A stretch of 64,000 nucleotides of DNA from Vicugna vicugna (taxonomy: Eukaryota): positions 8,059,260 through 8,123,259 of the forward strand of contig MU058844.1 of assembly GCA_013265495.1 (NCBI GenBank), in the 5' to 3' direction. Positions within the stretch are counted from its first letter, which is position 1; the number at the start of each line of letters is the position of its first letter. Positions 40,249-53,999 of the stretch are shown here, one piece after another. The notes beneath the pieces were generated by a model. That model did not search any database and was not told the origin of the DNA. It worked only from the letters and a program-made list of their open reading frames with translations. A program made the position numbers and the translations under genes.

Positions 40249-41006
40249 GAGGCTGTGGAGAAAGGGGAACCCTCCTACACTGCTGGTGGGAATGCAGTTC
40301 GGTGCAGCCACTATGGAAAACAGTGTGGAGATTCCTCAAAAGACTAGGAATAGACTTACCATATGACCCAGGAATCCCACTCCTGGGCTTGTATCCAGAA
40401 GGAAATCTACTTCAGGATGACACCTGCACCCCAATGTTCATAGCAGCACTATTTACAATAGCCAAAACATGGAAACAGCCTAAATGTCCATCAACAGGTG
40501 ACTGGATAAAGAAGAGGTGGTATATTTATACAATGGAATTCTATTCAGCCATAAAAACCGACAACATAATGCCATTTGCAGCAACATGGATGCTCCTGGA
40601 GAATGTCATTCTAAGTGAAGTAAGCCAGAAAGAGAAAGAAAAATACCATATGAGATTGCTCATATGTGGAATCTAAAACACAAAAACAAAAACAAACAAA
40701 CAAACAAAAACAAAGCATAAATACAGGACAGAAATAGACTCACAGACAGAGAATACAGACTTGTGGTTACCAGGGGGGTGGAGGGTGGGAAGGGATAGAC
40801 TGGGATTTTAAAATTGTAGAATAGATAAACAAGATTACACTGTATAGCACAGGGAAATATACACAAAATGTTATGATAACTCACAGAGAAAAAAATGTGA
40901 CAATGAGTGTGTATATGTCCATGAATGACTGAAAAATTGTGCTGAACACTGAAATTTGACACAACATTGTAAAATGATTATAAATCAATAAAAAAATGTT
41001 TAAAAA
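40249..41006 (+). mobile_element. Young 5'-truncated L1 (ORF2 C-terminus + 3' UTR + tail) with 14-bp TSD
   Basis: Uninterrupted frame [16 protein letters not shown]...[10 protein letters not shown]...CTPMFIAALFTIAKTWKQPKCPS...W..YTMEFYSAIK...FAATWM.LE.VILSEVSQ to stop at 40676; TSD aagactccctgtga at 40235-40248 and 41007-41020. Confidence 0.96.
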
Positions 41007-41404
41007 AAGACTCCCTGTGAATCTCAAATTTTTCATGTTGATGATAACTTTTCAAAAATAAAATAAAAAATAAAGTTTAAAATAAGTAAAATAACTTTAA
41101 TAATGGACTTACTTATTTTAAGAGAAAGACAAAATTATAAGAGAAAAGCCAAAAGACATCCATGTTAATGAGAATTTTCTGGCAAGCACTTTCAACCTGA
41201 GTAACAATTTGGTGACTTCACACAATCTAAGTCCTGAAGAGGCAGTGGGGCTGGGGGGAAGGACAGACACTATATCCCAATTTTAATGATTCACTGGTAA
41301 TGCGATCTCTTACTGCACACATTCCAGCACTGCACAGAACCATCTTCCCCAAAAACATTCAGAATGGTGCTTGGAATCTTCCAAAGAATATGCCAAATAT
41401 TTAG

Positions 41405-42603
41405 GTAAAAAAAACAATCCATAAAAGGCAACAAAAGCAAAAATAAACAGGTGAGACTATACCAAACTCAAAAGCTTCTGCACAACAAAGGACATACAAC
41501 AAAATGAATAGGCAACCTACTAGATGTGAGAAAACGTTGCAAGTCATGTATCTGGTAAAAGGGTTAACATCCAAAATACATAAAAAACTCATACAACTTA
41601 ATAGAAAAAAAAAAGCAACAATCTATAAAAAATAGGCAGAAGATCTGAACAGACATTTTCCCAGGGAAGACATGCAGATGGCCAACAGGTATATGAAAAG
41701 GTGCTCAACATCACTAATCCACAGGGAAATGCAATTCACAACCACAATGAACTCTCATGTCACACCTGTAAGAATGGCTATCATCAAAAAGACAAGAAAC
41801 AGCAAGTGTTGACAAGGAGAGAAAGAAAAAGGAATCGGTTTACACTATTGGTAAGAATGTAAATTGGTACAGCCACTACAGAAAACAGTGTGGAGGTCCC
41901 TCAAAAATTTAAAAATAGAATGACCGTATGATCCAGCAATTCTAATTCTGAGTATTTAACTGAAGATAACAAAATTGCTTTCTCAAAAAGATATCTGTAT
42001 CTCCATGTTCACTAGAGCATCATTTACAATAGCCAACACATAGAAGCATCCTAAGTGAACAGATGAAGGAATCTAAAAGAAAATGTGCTATATATGTATA
42101 ATGGAATATTACTCAACCATAAAAAAGAAAATCTTGCCAATTGCAACAATACAGATGGCCCTTGAAGGCATTATGCTAAGTGAAATAAGTCAGACAGAGA
42201 AGGACACATACTGTATGATCTCACTTATAGGTGGAATATTTTTTTAAAAAACAACTCATAAAGAGAACAGATTGGTGGCTGCCAGATGCAGGGGTTCGGG
42301 GGTGAGCAAAATGAGTGAACAGATAAAGGTGATCAAAAGGTACAAACTTCCAGTTATAAGATACGTCCTGAGGACGTAACATATAGCATGGTAACTATAG
42401 TAAACAATATTGTATTGCAGTTAAACAATACTGTTATCACAAGAGTAAAACAAATTTTTGTAGCTGCTTGTCTTGATGGATGTTAACTAAACTTACTAGG
42501 GTGCTCATTTTACAATATAATCATATGCCAGATCATTATGTAGTATACCTAAAACTGATATACTGTTAAGTGTCAATTATACCTCAAAAAAAGAAAAAAA
42601 AAA
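41405..42603 (+). mobile_element. Older 5'-truncated L1 (L1MA9-like), degenerate ORF2 end + 3' UTR
   Basis: aaactcaaaagcttctgcacaacaaagga, gatctgaacagacatttt, aaaaggtgctcaacatcactaat, tatgatccagcaatt, atgctaagtgaaataagtcag, aaaaggtacaaacttccagttataag, A tail. Confidence 0.92.
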
Positions 42604-44120
42604 TCTAGTCTACAAAGCAATCTACCTTGAGCATGTACAACTTCCATTAAAACAGTCTCTGTATTAAACTGCCCCTAGACTCTCCTCTGACTCTCACTCA
42701 CCCTATTTCCAATTGCTGGAAGACACAGAACTCGTCATAAACCATCTGTTCCATCTCTCCTCTGAAGCCAATGGTCTCGGCAAGTTTCATGATTTTAAAA
42801 AATTATGAGTAAATACTAATAACACCACCTTAACTTTCCTTACCTGTTGGGCATAGTCATAGATACCTTAGGTACCTCAAACTCAAAATGCCCAAAATGG
42901 AAACTGCTCATTAATACAAGATCATGGTAATGCTAAATTCACAGAATTAATTCCCTCAGTGCTGTAGAAACACCTGTGACAGACTTCTGCTCAAAATTAA
43001 TTTATATGATGCTATCGGGCATTTTTAATGATAGGAGGGGTAATATATTCAGTCATCACCAACCTTTCAATTTCAGGTGTGTCCTGGAAAAATGCAATGG
43101 TTTAAAGACTCATCATCTAAGAGTAACTTTTGCAAACTATTCCTTTGCTCCTCTGAAATTCTACCTAGCAAAAGTCCTAAAAGTTCTTGATTTTTAGGGA
43201 AAAAAACACACAAAACCATACATTAAATGCTGTAATAACTTGATGGATCAATCACATAATTAAGTATTCTTAGCTTACACAAGAAAATTACACAAATATT
43301 CTTAGATAACAAATATCATTTGGCAAAGATAAATGAGGCAAGGTATTAGGTATCATAAAGAAGACAAGTCTTGAAAAACAACTCAATTTTGAATTTGTAC
43401 CAGAAGTCCATTTAGTAACTAAGTGTTAAGTAAGTATACCAAGTGTGATTAAGGCCATTCTATTACAGTATCTTCTGATGGCATAAGGAGAGAGGAGGAG
43501 AGGGCATTACAAAACAGCTATAATCAGGCAAGAAAAGCAAATGAGCAGGAGAACCACATGGGGAGGGAAGTGTAATCAGGTTTCTCTGCTAGTCACAAAA
43601 CTCCAAAAGAACTTAGTCTCAATGATTACATAATTCTAGTTTATTCCTAAAGACAGAACCATCATAAGGCAAAACTATCTTATCCATTCATTTTTAGTAA
43701 GTCATCTCTATATTAAGTCATAGAAAAGTTATTGTCAAAATAAAATATTAAGACTGAAGATACGGTAACAATGATTCTAGTATTAATTATGCTGAAAGAA
43801 TATTTGAATATATTAAACTCCAAAATAAAGATGTGAGTAATGAAAACTATTCAACAAAAAATATTTTATAAGATGACTAAGTGCTGAGAAAGTGATGAAA
43901 ATGAAAATGCTAGCATTAATTTATGACATGCTTTACACTGTAAAACATTTTCATATAGTCTCCAATTGAAACAATCGACATAATAACTAAGATTAAGAGA
44001 CACTAAGGTTTTGAAGTGAGATGCTCTTATACATTCATTCTACCTTAATGGTAAAGCCTGCCAGGACTGAAATAACACTATTAAAGGAAAACTGAGCTAA
44101 CAGGCAAAAGAAAATTGATG

Positions 44121-44232
44121 TGTTTTTTTGGTGGGGGGGATTATTTTTATTTTTAATGGCGTAGTGGGAAGTGAACCCATGATCTGGTGCATGATAAGCA
44201 TGCACTCTACCACTGTGCTATATGCCCCTTCC
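44121..44232 (-). mobile_element. Camelid Vic-1-type SINE with degenerate TSD
   Basis: Reverse complement ggaaggggcatatagcacagtggtagagtgcatgcttatcatgcaccagatcatgggttcac; TSD gaaaa(t/c)tgatg at 44110-44120 and 44235-44245. Confidence 0.85.
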
Positions 44233-44716
44233 ATGAAAACTGATGCTAAATGTTGAAAGTGGAAGATTTTCTAAGGCCTCATGATTGGTGGCCATCTTTT
44301 TAAGTATAAGCCTAAATTGGAAATTGCAACTTTCAAATCTCTTTAATGCCTTCTCATAGAATTTTGTTTAAAGTTGTCACCTATAAAAATGGGATTTTGA
44401 TAAAGCTAAATCTCTCTTCTAACCTCACACTCACTATTTTTCTGGAGATCGCATTAAAAATAAGGTAGGAAAAAAAAAGCATAGAAAGGTTTTATTTGTT
44501 AATTTCAGTCCCTATGCTTTGATTTTTGCATTAAATCAAACTAAAACTTTCATTGAGCTACAACCAGTAACTAAGTGACTATACAAATAGCCTCAGCATT
44601 TCTTCATTTTTGCTGTTGTTCTTGGCTTGGTGCATCAAATGGATTCAACATAGGTATTTCCAAGATAAGGCATGAGAGTTCTGATGAGTTGCCACCATAG
44701 ACTTTAAAGTCAGAGC

Positions 44717-44720
<4 letters not shown>

Positions 44721-44756
<36 letters not shown>

Positions 44757-44873
44757 NNNNNNNNNNNNNNNNNNNNNNNNNNNNNNNNNNNNNNNNNNNN
44801 NNNNNNNNNNNNNNNNNNNNNNNNNNNNNNNNNNNNNNNNNNNNNNNNNNNNNNAAAAAAAAAAAAAAAAAAA
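44721..44873. other. Assembly gap (98 N, 44757-44854) inside a poly-A tract (36 A left, 19 A right)
   Basis: Seen directly. Confidence 0.99.
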
Positions 44874-45164
44874 GGCACATAGAAGATGAGACTCCAAAGT
44901 CTGGGAACTTAAACATAATCTGAGTAGTACCTTTGATTGGGAGCATTAGAAAATGAATGCAATTTAATAGCACAAACAGCATCAGTTCATCCAACATACA
45001 TATCATTAAGGCTGCCTTATGTGCACTCTTCTACTACGTGCGGGACAAACACCTGTAAGAAGAGATGAGAGACCATGCGCTCTTCAAACTTTGTGTACTC
45101 TATTCTTTTATGGTGTGGGTCCAGAAAAACATTTTAGAAGGAGAAGAATCACTGTGCTTTAAAT

Positions 45165-45285
45165 GATACTTTTCAAACCTAAAGGACCATCAATATCAAT
45201 TGTAAGCTTTTAAAAATACCCATGCCTCAGTCTGAATAAAATCTCTATACGAGATTCTAATGTGGCTGAGGTTGAGAATTACTGC
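45165..45285. mobile_element. MER5-like hAT DNA transposon remnant
   Basis: cttttcaaacct...ttaaaaatacccatgcc...gattctaatgtg...ggttgagaattactg. Confidence 0.5.
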
Positions 45286-45559
45286 ATATCTGCACAAGTC
45301 TAATTCTTAGTACTGCCAGTAAAAAAATACTGTTAGACTCTGGCTTTCATTTTACAAAGTCTGAAGCATGTTTTCCTCATTCAAAATGAATAAACCATAA
45401 TGAAGTATGAATAATGCTTTATACCAGGCTTTGGGACAAATTGAATTCTTAGCATAATAAATGAGTGTCATGAAGGTCAGGCTACAAAGGAATTGAGATC
45501 TTTGTAATAAATAGAACTCAGGGTTGAAATATTCAAGTCTTGTTGCAAAATATAGAAGG

Positions 45560-46500
45560 CAGAGGATTTGTTTCCAGAAAAGAAAAAAAGAGCCCTCTAA
45601 GTATGAACCACAAAAAGCAAATAATCCAATAGAAAATACAGATTTAAAAATACAGACGGAAAATCAGAGAAAAGACAATAAATATTTTAAAAGATGCTCA
45701 GTCGCATTCATTAATATAAATGAAAGGTAAAACAAAAGCAATATATTTGAAATGAATCTGAGTGAAAAAAAACTGGATATAAAAGTCACTGAAATTGTGT
45801 TGAAACAATAACTATCACACACTGGGAAAATATAAATTCTACAGTTTTGGTGGGAAATTTGGAAGTATTTAAGAAAACTAATAATTTGTATCGCCTGCTA
45901 TTTGGTAATCTGGATTTAGTTACATATTCTCTAACAAAACCTCTTAGATTTAAATACAGCGCCATCTAATGCAGCATTATTTATAAAAGCAAAATAACGA
46001 AATAGCTAAAAATTTCAATAGTGCAATATGAAAATAAATCATGGTATAACCATGTTATCTAATCTATAAGGTAATTAAAAGGAAAACCACATATATAAAC
46101 TATATGTATAACATATATAAAGAGATACCTATATATATGCATACATATACACCAACATGAAGTAACGCTACATAAACTAAGACAAACAAAATCACTATAT
46201 AGTAGCATGATTTGTAAGAATCAACTCGCAGAATATGCATATTCTAAAATCATACTGGCCATTCAGAAAAAACACCATGTTTTTCACAAATGCATACGTA
46301 TGTATGCAAAGATCTTTTTTTCCCAAGTCTAGAAATAATTACACCAAACATGACATGATGAACTCCCTGGGGCAGGGCAGAGCAGGGCAGGGCAAGGAGA
46401 TGGATTGACTGACTGGTCGGTAAGAGACAAAGATGTCTTCAAATTCCTGAGTGGTTGCTATTTATTCACAGCCCCCAAAATTTTATTGTAAAAACAAAAA
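45560..46500 (+). mobile_element. Ancient L1ME-type remnant
   Basis: aaaaagcaaataatccaatagaaa, aaaagatgctcag, gcagcattatttataa, aataaatcatggtata. Confidence 0.6.
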
Positions 46501-49186
46501 GGTTTGATAACCTGATATGCCTAAACTTCTATTTCGTGGGTTCAACAATTTTTTTGAAACAAATACACAAATAATGCTAACAAATATAAATTCTACTACA
46601 GGCACTTAAGTGTCTGATATGTTAGTTTCCATAGTTTCCTATCTTTAGTATTTACTGTAGCTGTTATTTTATAATTAAGTATCAATTTAAAAAAAAGTTT
46701 CCTTGTCCCTATTCAATCTACCTATAATTATTTTGTGATCCTTACCTTAATTTTGCTAGGAAATCTCTTTGTTTCACAATTCAACATAGTTAGGATACAA
46801 AATTATGATAACATTACCCGAAAGCACTCTTTTATATCTGAGCTATAATAACTGACACGTCTTTGAATCCTCAGAGGTCAATACAGACCCTGACATTTGT
46901 AGGTATTCAAATAAATTATCCTTAAACTAACTCTGACCCTCAAACCAGAAGTCTGTTTATACCTGTCATCTCATATATTTTGAATCCTGTTATGATAAAT
47001 CCTCACTCAGTACCTTACAAAGGCTCATATATTAAACAATGTTGCACAACTCCAAGGCCATTTAAAAAGAACTTAGCTGTCATCATATACAGAAACTTGG
47101 CCTTGTCACCTTTACATCATAATATTTTTTGCCTGTCTCCATCAGTCTCCATGAAAAGTATACATAAAAGCAATGACATGTGTTCTGGAGGAAAATTCTC
47201 CTGACTACAACTTCAATCCCAAACTGGAAATAGAAATAGGAAAATTACTGCATCCCTAAAAACATTCTTATCTGACATTTTATGCCAATTATTGAATGGA
47301 TGGGGTTCCTTCATGGAACCACATTTACAGAATGATATTAATCTGCTTTCTAAAAGTCTAGCTTCTCTAAAAGTTCAAATTTATTTATCTTTTTAAAAGT
47401 TATTCTTTAAGCTAAGAAGAGAAATCAGCTAAGAATATAAAGTTCAAGACTGAAAATTTGACCTCTAGTCTTTGGATGCACTAATGGAAAACAAGAATGG
47501 AGTGCCAGCTTAATAAGCAAATAACAAGAAATGTATCGTAAAATATCAAATCCTTCCCACATGTCACCAGAAACATGAAGGCAAAGCTGGTGAGAAGATC
47601 TTGTCATGTTAACTAACCATGATGTCTTTACAAAGAGGCCCTGTAGTGATTTTCTTCTATGGAGAGTCTTTGACTACAGAAGTAACACAAGAGAAAAGCA
47701 AAAAGCAACTGTAAGAGCTCACCTCTCTACTATTCAAGGAAAACTGCCATTCGTGATGGCATCGTCAATATTGTCTTCTGATCTCAGATCTTGTCAGACA
47801 TAAAGGAAGCTGAAAGGATTATTTTAGACTCAATGAAAGAAAAATGTAAACATTCTGCCTTAGAGTATTAAAAACCATCATGGGACTCACTTTTTGGCAA
47901 ACTAATGGAAATAAATTACTTAAGCATAAGGCTCATTTAATTCCAAATTAAGCCCTTGGCAATGATAGTAGAGTTGTAATAATAAAGTAGATAAAAATCA
48001 GTATCTGAAAGCTATAAGAATAACTGAGAGAAAAGGTTATCCAGACATAACAAAAATTGAGCATCCTCTATTTTGTATCCACCATTCATCACTGACGTCA
48101 AAAGCTTTGCTTATAACAATAATATAGGATTTCTCCCAGCTGCCCTCCTTTCTAAAATAGCTCTTGTTGGAGGCTCACCCCAAAACATGAATATAAAAGC
48201 ATGTTTTTCTGAATACGTGACAAGAAGACTACATGGCTAAAAGTAAAACTAAATGTTTTTTTCCTAGAATATTTCATGTGATGAATCAAATTTTGCCATA
48301 ATCAAATTGTTGGGGTAGTTCTATTCCCCTGTAAGGAAAAAAAAATGGGTTTCCTTATTAATAAACACCTCCTATGCAACATTAGAAACTTTTATTCCAT
48401 ATCAACAGGCAAGATAAAAGAATTTTAACATCTGGTATTTCAAAAGCTATAAAGAGGTTCGATGGATGGGCACAACTAGTCTTTGTGAGGAAAGAATTTA
48501 AAGATTAAGGGTATAACAAAGTATGTTAGTGAGATACTTAGCACTTTAGATTATAAGGAATTCTTCCATTCATTCAAGCTGACGCTATAATACACCATAA
48601 TACTGTCTGTTAAGGTCAGCCATCCAGCAGAAAGTACTTGCACATATCCAGATAAATATTTAGCAGCAAATAAAATCAATTATACGTTGAAATTCACTGA
48701 TGAAAATGTATGGATTTTTTAGACTGGATTATAAGTTACCAAACCAGGTTCTCATCAAGGGAGACTAGAATTATATAAAACTGTACAGTGTCAAAGCATA
48801 TTTCATGTAGTTGATGTAATGAATGACACACAATATTTTCCAAAGTTTAAAGTCAAACATATTTGGGTTGATTTGATAGTTAAAGGTCACCAGAGACAAC
48901 AGGTTTTTTTTCCCTTATTTTAATTACAATCACAACTATTAGCCTACTTGAAATCCCTCAGAGGATCTATTCATATATATGATAATAGCTAACACTAGTA
49001 AGAATGAACATTTTATTTAGAACATTTTAAAAATGTAATGTAAAGAGAAGAAACTGAAGATGTCTATCTATTCTTTCATTTAAGTATACCTGAAAGCAAC
49101 TCTTCTTAATTTTACTTAAACATTTGTGGGTTTGTTTTTTTTTTTAATTTCTTAAAAGGCATTACCTGGTGTTCACATTTTGATTT

Positions 49187-49910
49187 CTAATACCATTTTC
49201 CAATAAAAAGAAACACAGTTCCTTGGAGAAATGGACTAACTTTGCTATTGGGGCAAGAAGTATACAAGATGAGCCTGGCGCATTCTGTAGTGCTAGGAAG
49301 TAGGGAAGGGCACAAAACACATACACACACAGATGGGATATGTCGAAGTGTCAAGGGGACACAGGAGCCTGCTTCAAGAGCTCCCTTGGCCAAGGTCAAC
49401 CTGCACTGTGGTAAGTCATGTTGATAGCATGCCCCCTTCATCCTTGATATTATGTGATGAAAAGGTCACTTTACCTATGTTCTTCCTCTCAAAACCCATA
49501 AACCCAGTCTAATCACGAAAAACCATCAGGCATATTCCAAAGGAGAGCATTTTAAAGAAGATCTGACTAGGAATCCTCGAAACTGTCAAGGTTATCAAAA
49601 ATAGTTTGAGAAGCCATCACAACCAAGAAGAGCCTAAGGAGATGTGACAAATAAATGTGACATGATATCCCAGGTGGCATTCTGGAACAGGAAAAGAACA
49701 TTAGGTAAAAATGAAGGAAATCTCAATACACTATGAATTTTACTTAATAATAACAAATTGGCATTGATCAATTTGTTGTAACATATACACTATACTAATG
49801 TGAAATGTCAATAACAAGCAAAGTGGATGTGAACTATATGGGAATTCTTTTCTACTCAATTTTTCTGTAAACGTAAAGCTGTTCTACGAAAATCAAGTCT
49901 ACTTTAAAGA
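49187..49910 (+). mobile_element. L1MC-type 3' UTR
   Basis: taataccattttccaataaaaagaaac...aaaacccataaacccagtctaatca...aaactgtcaaggttatcaaaa...gagcctaaggagatgtgacaaataaatg...ctggaacaggaaaagaacattag. Confidence 0.8.
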
Positions 49911-52900
49911 ATGGCTGTTACTAGAATAAAAGCTGTTAGAAACCAAATGAAATGAAGTAGATGGGTTGGATAGCTATCTGAAAGCTGCACGTCAAGACAT
50001 ATTAATAACTGAAAATTAACAGCAACATAAGTGTCTTAACATTTTAAATGTCTTCAAACTTTAAAGCATAGAACAAAAGAATGAAATTAAATTCAGTTCA
50101 AATGACCACAGCTGTTTATATGGATTCGACGAGACATGATATATTGATTTCAAGTCCTGTTTGGGTTTTGTCTGACACTCCACAGCTTTTGTAGTTTACT
50201 AGAAACCCCCAAATGAGAAGTAAGTATTCAGGGAAAGATGCTTTCTAAACCCATTGCTAGGGTGTTTTTGTTGGCATGGTGACCCATTCTTCTTCATTAA
50301 GCTAACGCGGGGAAATCGAGCAGTTAGCAATTTCTTGCATCCCCATGGCAAGCTGCTTCTAGAACTAACTATTAGAAACACAAGTACCCAAAGAGTTCAA
50401 TTACTGGAACGGCAAGGGGTGGGCCACAGCCTCTAACCCATTACACTAAAAGCTAGCCCCCCCAGATGTCAGCCTTCAGAGTAATCTTGTTTAGCCAAAA
50501 ATAAGAGGTTTAACACTTCCCACCAGGCAGTGCGCCATGGTCAAAAACAGCTTAGCTATGAAACAATCCAGCCTTTATGAAGAAAATATGTGATGCAAAT
50601 ATCCTTTGTGACCTAAGAAACAAAAAATGCTTTGAACAAAAGAGGACACCTCTCTTTAGCTATCAAAACACTTTTGGTTTGTATGAAACCTCTTTCCCTA
50701 GACTTTGAGAATACTTCTAATGAGGGAGAGATCAAGATAAAAGACCTCAAAATTCACTGAATTTGGAAAAGGAACTTTTTTCCATCGATCTCTCCTCAAG
50801 TTGGGCAACTGCATTGCACGTGGATTTCCTGGGCCAATGGATTAAACTGCAACATTCTTTTAACTCCGTGTGGCTTTAGTGCGACAAACTGGCCATTATG
50901 AGATGCGTTCCAGTCTCATTAATGAGTTAAGCATGTGAGCCCAGCATTTTGCAAACATAAAGAGACAAATTATAATGAGACTTCACTCTGTGGGGAGGCC
51001 AAGACACGGTCGTCCTCTCTCAAAGATCATATAATAGACAGCTATTTAATGAGTGTGGGAGACTTCCTATGAAGACACAAGACACCAAGGAGAAAAAGAC
51101 GATTTTACACATATAAATAAAACAACATACATATCTTATGGGTAGATATTCACTAATAAGCATAATTGTAATGTTTAATGTTTTTAAATAGAAATATGTT
51201 CCCACTCTATAATTATGCTTGTCTTCTGCTAAACATAAAGAGTAAATTCAATGTCAAAATGGACAACTATTTACTCTTTCTCAAAAATAAAATTGTAGCC
51301 CTTTCTCTCTACATTTCTTATGTGGATTTTGTCTTTATTCTCAAAATGCCCACTGATTTATAAAAGAACACTTGTGTTTTTGATTGGGGAAACTGAGGCA
51401 TTAGAGTAATTAGAATTTTTGAAAAAAAAACTTTTCACTTGTAAAAGCATCCATCAATTTTTAAATTCTTCTTTCCATATCTGGTGGTTACAACTATTCA
51501 GAAATTCCCAGAAAACACTCTGGCACATACTTTGGCATTATAATTATTAGTCCTCAATAAGAACCCCCGAGTAGAACATTCTGGTTTTCCTGAGTGAGCA
51601 GACCGGGTCATCACCTATCCTCCCCTAAAAGAAAACAGAACAAACAATCGCCCATGCCGTGCATCCTAATAGTAAGGGGAGCTATGGTTACTAGAATCTA
51701 TTACAGAAAAAACACCTCTACTTTCAAATCTTTTGCTGGTAGACTATTTGGTTTGTTCTCTTTAATGTAAGAAGAGATGTAAGGAGCAGCAAAGTAGTGA
51801 CATCAGCAGTAACCTAAGCCTAGTAATTTGAAAATACGTTAAAAACAAAAATATAGTCTAGGGAATGGGTGATGCGGGAAAAGGGGAAAATATAACTCAA
51901 ATTCTCATGAAGAGGTATCTCTCACATCTATGCACTTATTACTCAGAAAGTGATATTCTTTTGAAAAGTAAATAGTAATCTAGATGGCACTACTTATTAT
52001 AAATAAATGAGATTACCTTTCGAAGAGCACCAGTTAATACTGAATATGCATTTTTAAATGCACGCCTTTATTAGCTGAAATTAATCATACAGGGTGACCC
52101 TCAAATCCTACTTCCTTTATGAATAATAAACTAGTGGCATGTTTCATGTTATGCAGACAGAGAAATGACTGCTAGAGCAGCCCAGTGGCCACGAGCCAGA
52201 CGTTTGAGAACAGACAAAAATACTAAAAAGGTTTTCAGTTCAGGTTCTGTGCTGAAGACACTCCAAGAGTGCCTTCCTGCCGGAAGCAACTTGGCAAAAT
52301 GCAAATTTTGGAGCCTTCTGGTGATGGTGGCTACCAATCTAAACAGATGAAATCTTTGCGTAAGTGGCATCTACCTATTTTTCCTTCTTTTAATGAGATT
52401 TGCAATTAAATTTTAATCATACAGTAACTTAAAGATTACATATGGGACATGAGATATTCAGAAAGTTCATAGGCAACTTCACAAGAAGATTTTGAAACAG
52501 AAAGGAACTTGACCACAGTGCAACCCATGTAACCACTACAGTATTTGTCTTCCACTTGAATAAGACTTCAAAACAACCCACAAGTTTGATCTCACTTCAT
52601 ATTAGTTTAAAAAAAAAGAATTCTGCATTTATTAAATACCTATTTTGAGGGCCATTAAAACTCTCCCCATTAAGCATCCTCTTTAAGCATGTCCAGCCTT
52701 TGTAGCCATCATGAAAGTATTACATTTCAAATCATTTCAAACTGTGTAAAAATCTGGTATTTTTCATTAAGATGTAGATCTTTGCTTTTTAGCAGTATCA
52801 ATAAAAAAATTCTAGAGTTTAGTAAGATTTATGGCAAAAATCTCTCATGAGTCTTCAAAACATATTTGGATAATTCATTCAGCCCGACACAGCTCCAATT

Positions 52901-53999
52901 AGCACTAATCATTGCCATGCCCTAATTATTTAAAATTAAATAAGTTGAATGTACACGTGCAAACATTTTGCAATTCACCCTGCATCCACTTCTCTTTTCA
53001 AGTTAACTCGTAAGATTAGACAACTTGTTTTAATAGATTATTCTCTTTGGATTCGGTCCAAAAAGCACTCATCTTATGGGAATTCTGTCTACTTTAACAG
53101 TTGTGGTTTAGTGGATGCTCCTTGACTGAACTGTCACTCATTTTGACTGGCTCATGGCCCTAAGAACCCTGCTGGGAGACAAGCAAGAGGTTTTTTTTCC
53201 AGGTGCGTGCCGGGCACTCAGGAAGTTCGGATGACGTACTTACAGGGGAAGTGAGAGGGCCTGGTTAAAAGACCTGACTGGAATGCTCTGGCTGGCTCCC
53301 TGCCCCATGCTTAACATGCCCTTGTTCAAATGCATGGGTCGTGCCTGTCCCTGGTACTATGCCCCGTTAGACAGCTTCAATACAGCAATGAACTCCAGCA
53401 TCACTCTGAAGTGCAGAAAACTCACGCCACCAACCCATGACTTCACCCATGGTGAAGTCAAACATTAATAAAACCAAAAGATGGAAAATCATAACACTGC
53501 GCTATAAATTTTGATAACCAGAAAATAATACAAATTACAGGATGTGCCTGTGTCTTTATTTAGCCTCTATAATTGAAACATTCCCTTTTAAGTAGTATTA
53601 TCAGGAAATTCCATTCTTGAACAGGTTCCGTAACAACTCCTAAATGAAACACACCAGAAATTTGACAGTGAGGATAATATTAATAAATCCATTTTTGTTC
53701 AATTTTGTACCATATCTCAAATCTTGTTCCTTCAATAATCTTAACAAGTGCAGGTCATCCAAATGATAGGCTAAAGTGAGTCTTAATTAAGCTCCATTCT
53801 TTTTTTCCATGAGAGACCAGATATTACGAGGAAAGAGAGAATTGTGTATAATTGCCTAATGAATTCAAACACCTGTTAAGTCATTTTATACCTCCCAGAT
53901 GAGGTCCCAGAATCCAGTGAAGAGAGCAGTGCCTAGAAAACAACATTCTATTCTGTCGTTATACTTCACTATGGAATGCAGGGGAAATCATTTATTAGT

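Noticed and set aside
40245..40676. 143-aa ORF as a host gene
   Set aside because: C-terminus of L1 ORF2 in a 5'-truncated copy lacking promoter, endonuclease and RT.
42362..42378. 17-bp palindrome tacgtcctgaggacgta
   Set aside because: Lies in an L1 3' UTR segment that is already quasi-palindromic; too short to imply function.
44604..45006. Poly-Phe/X ORFs
   Set aside because: Artefacts of the poly-A tract and N gap.
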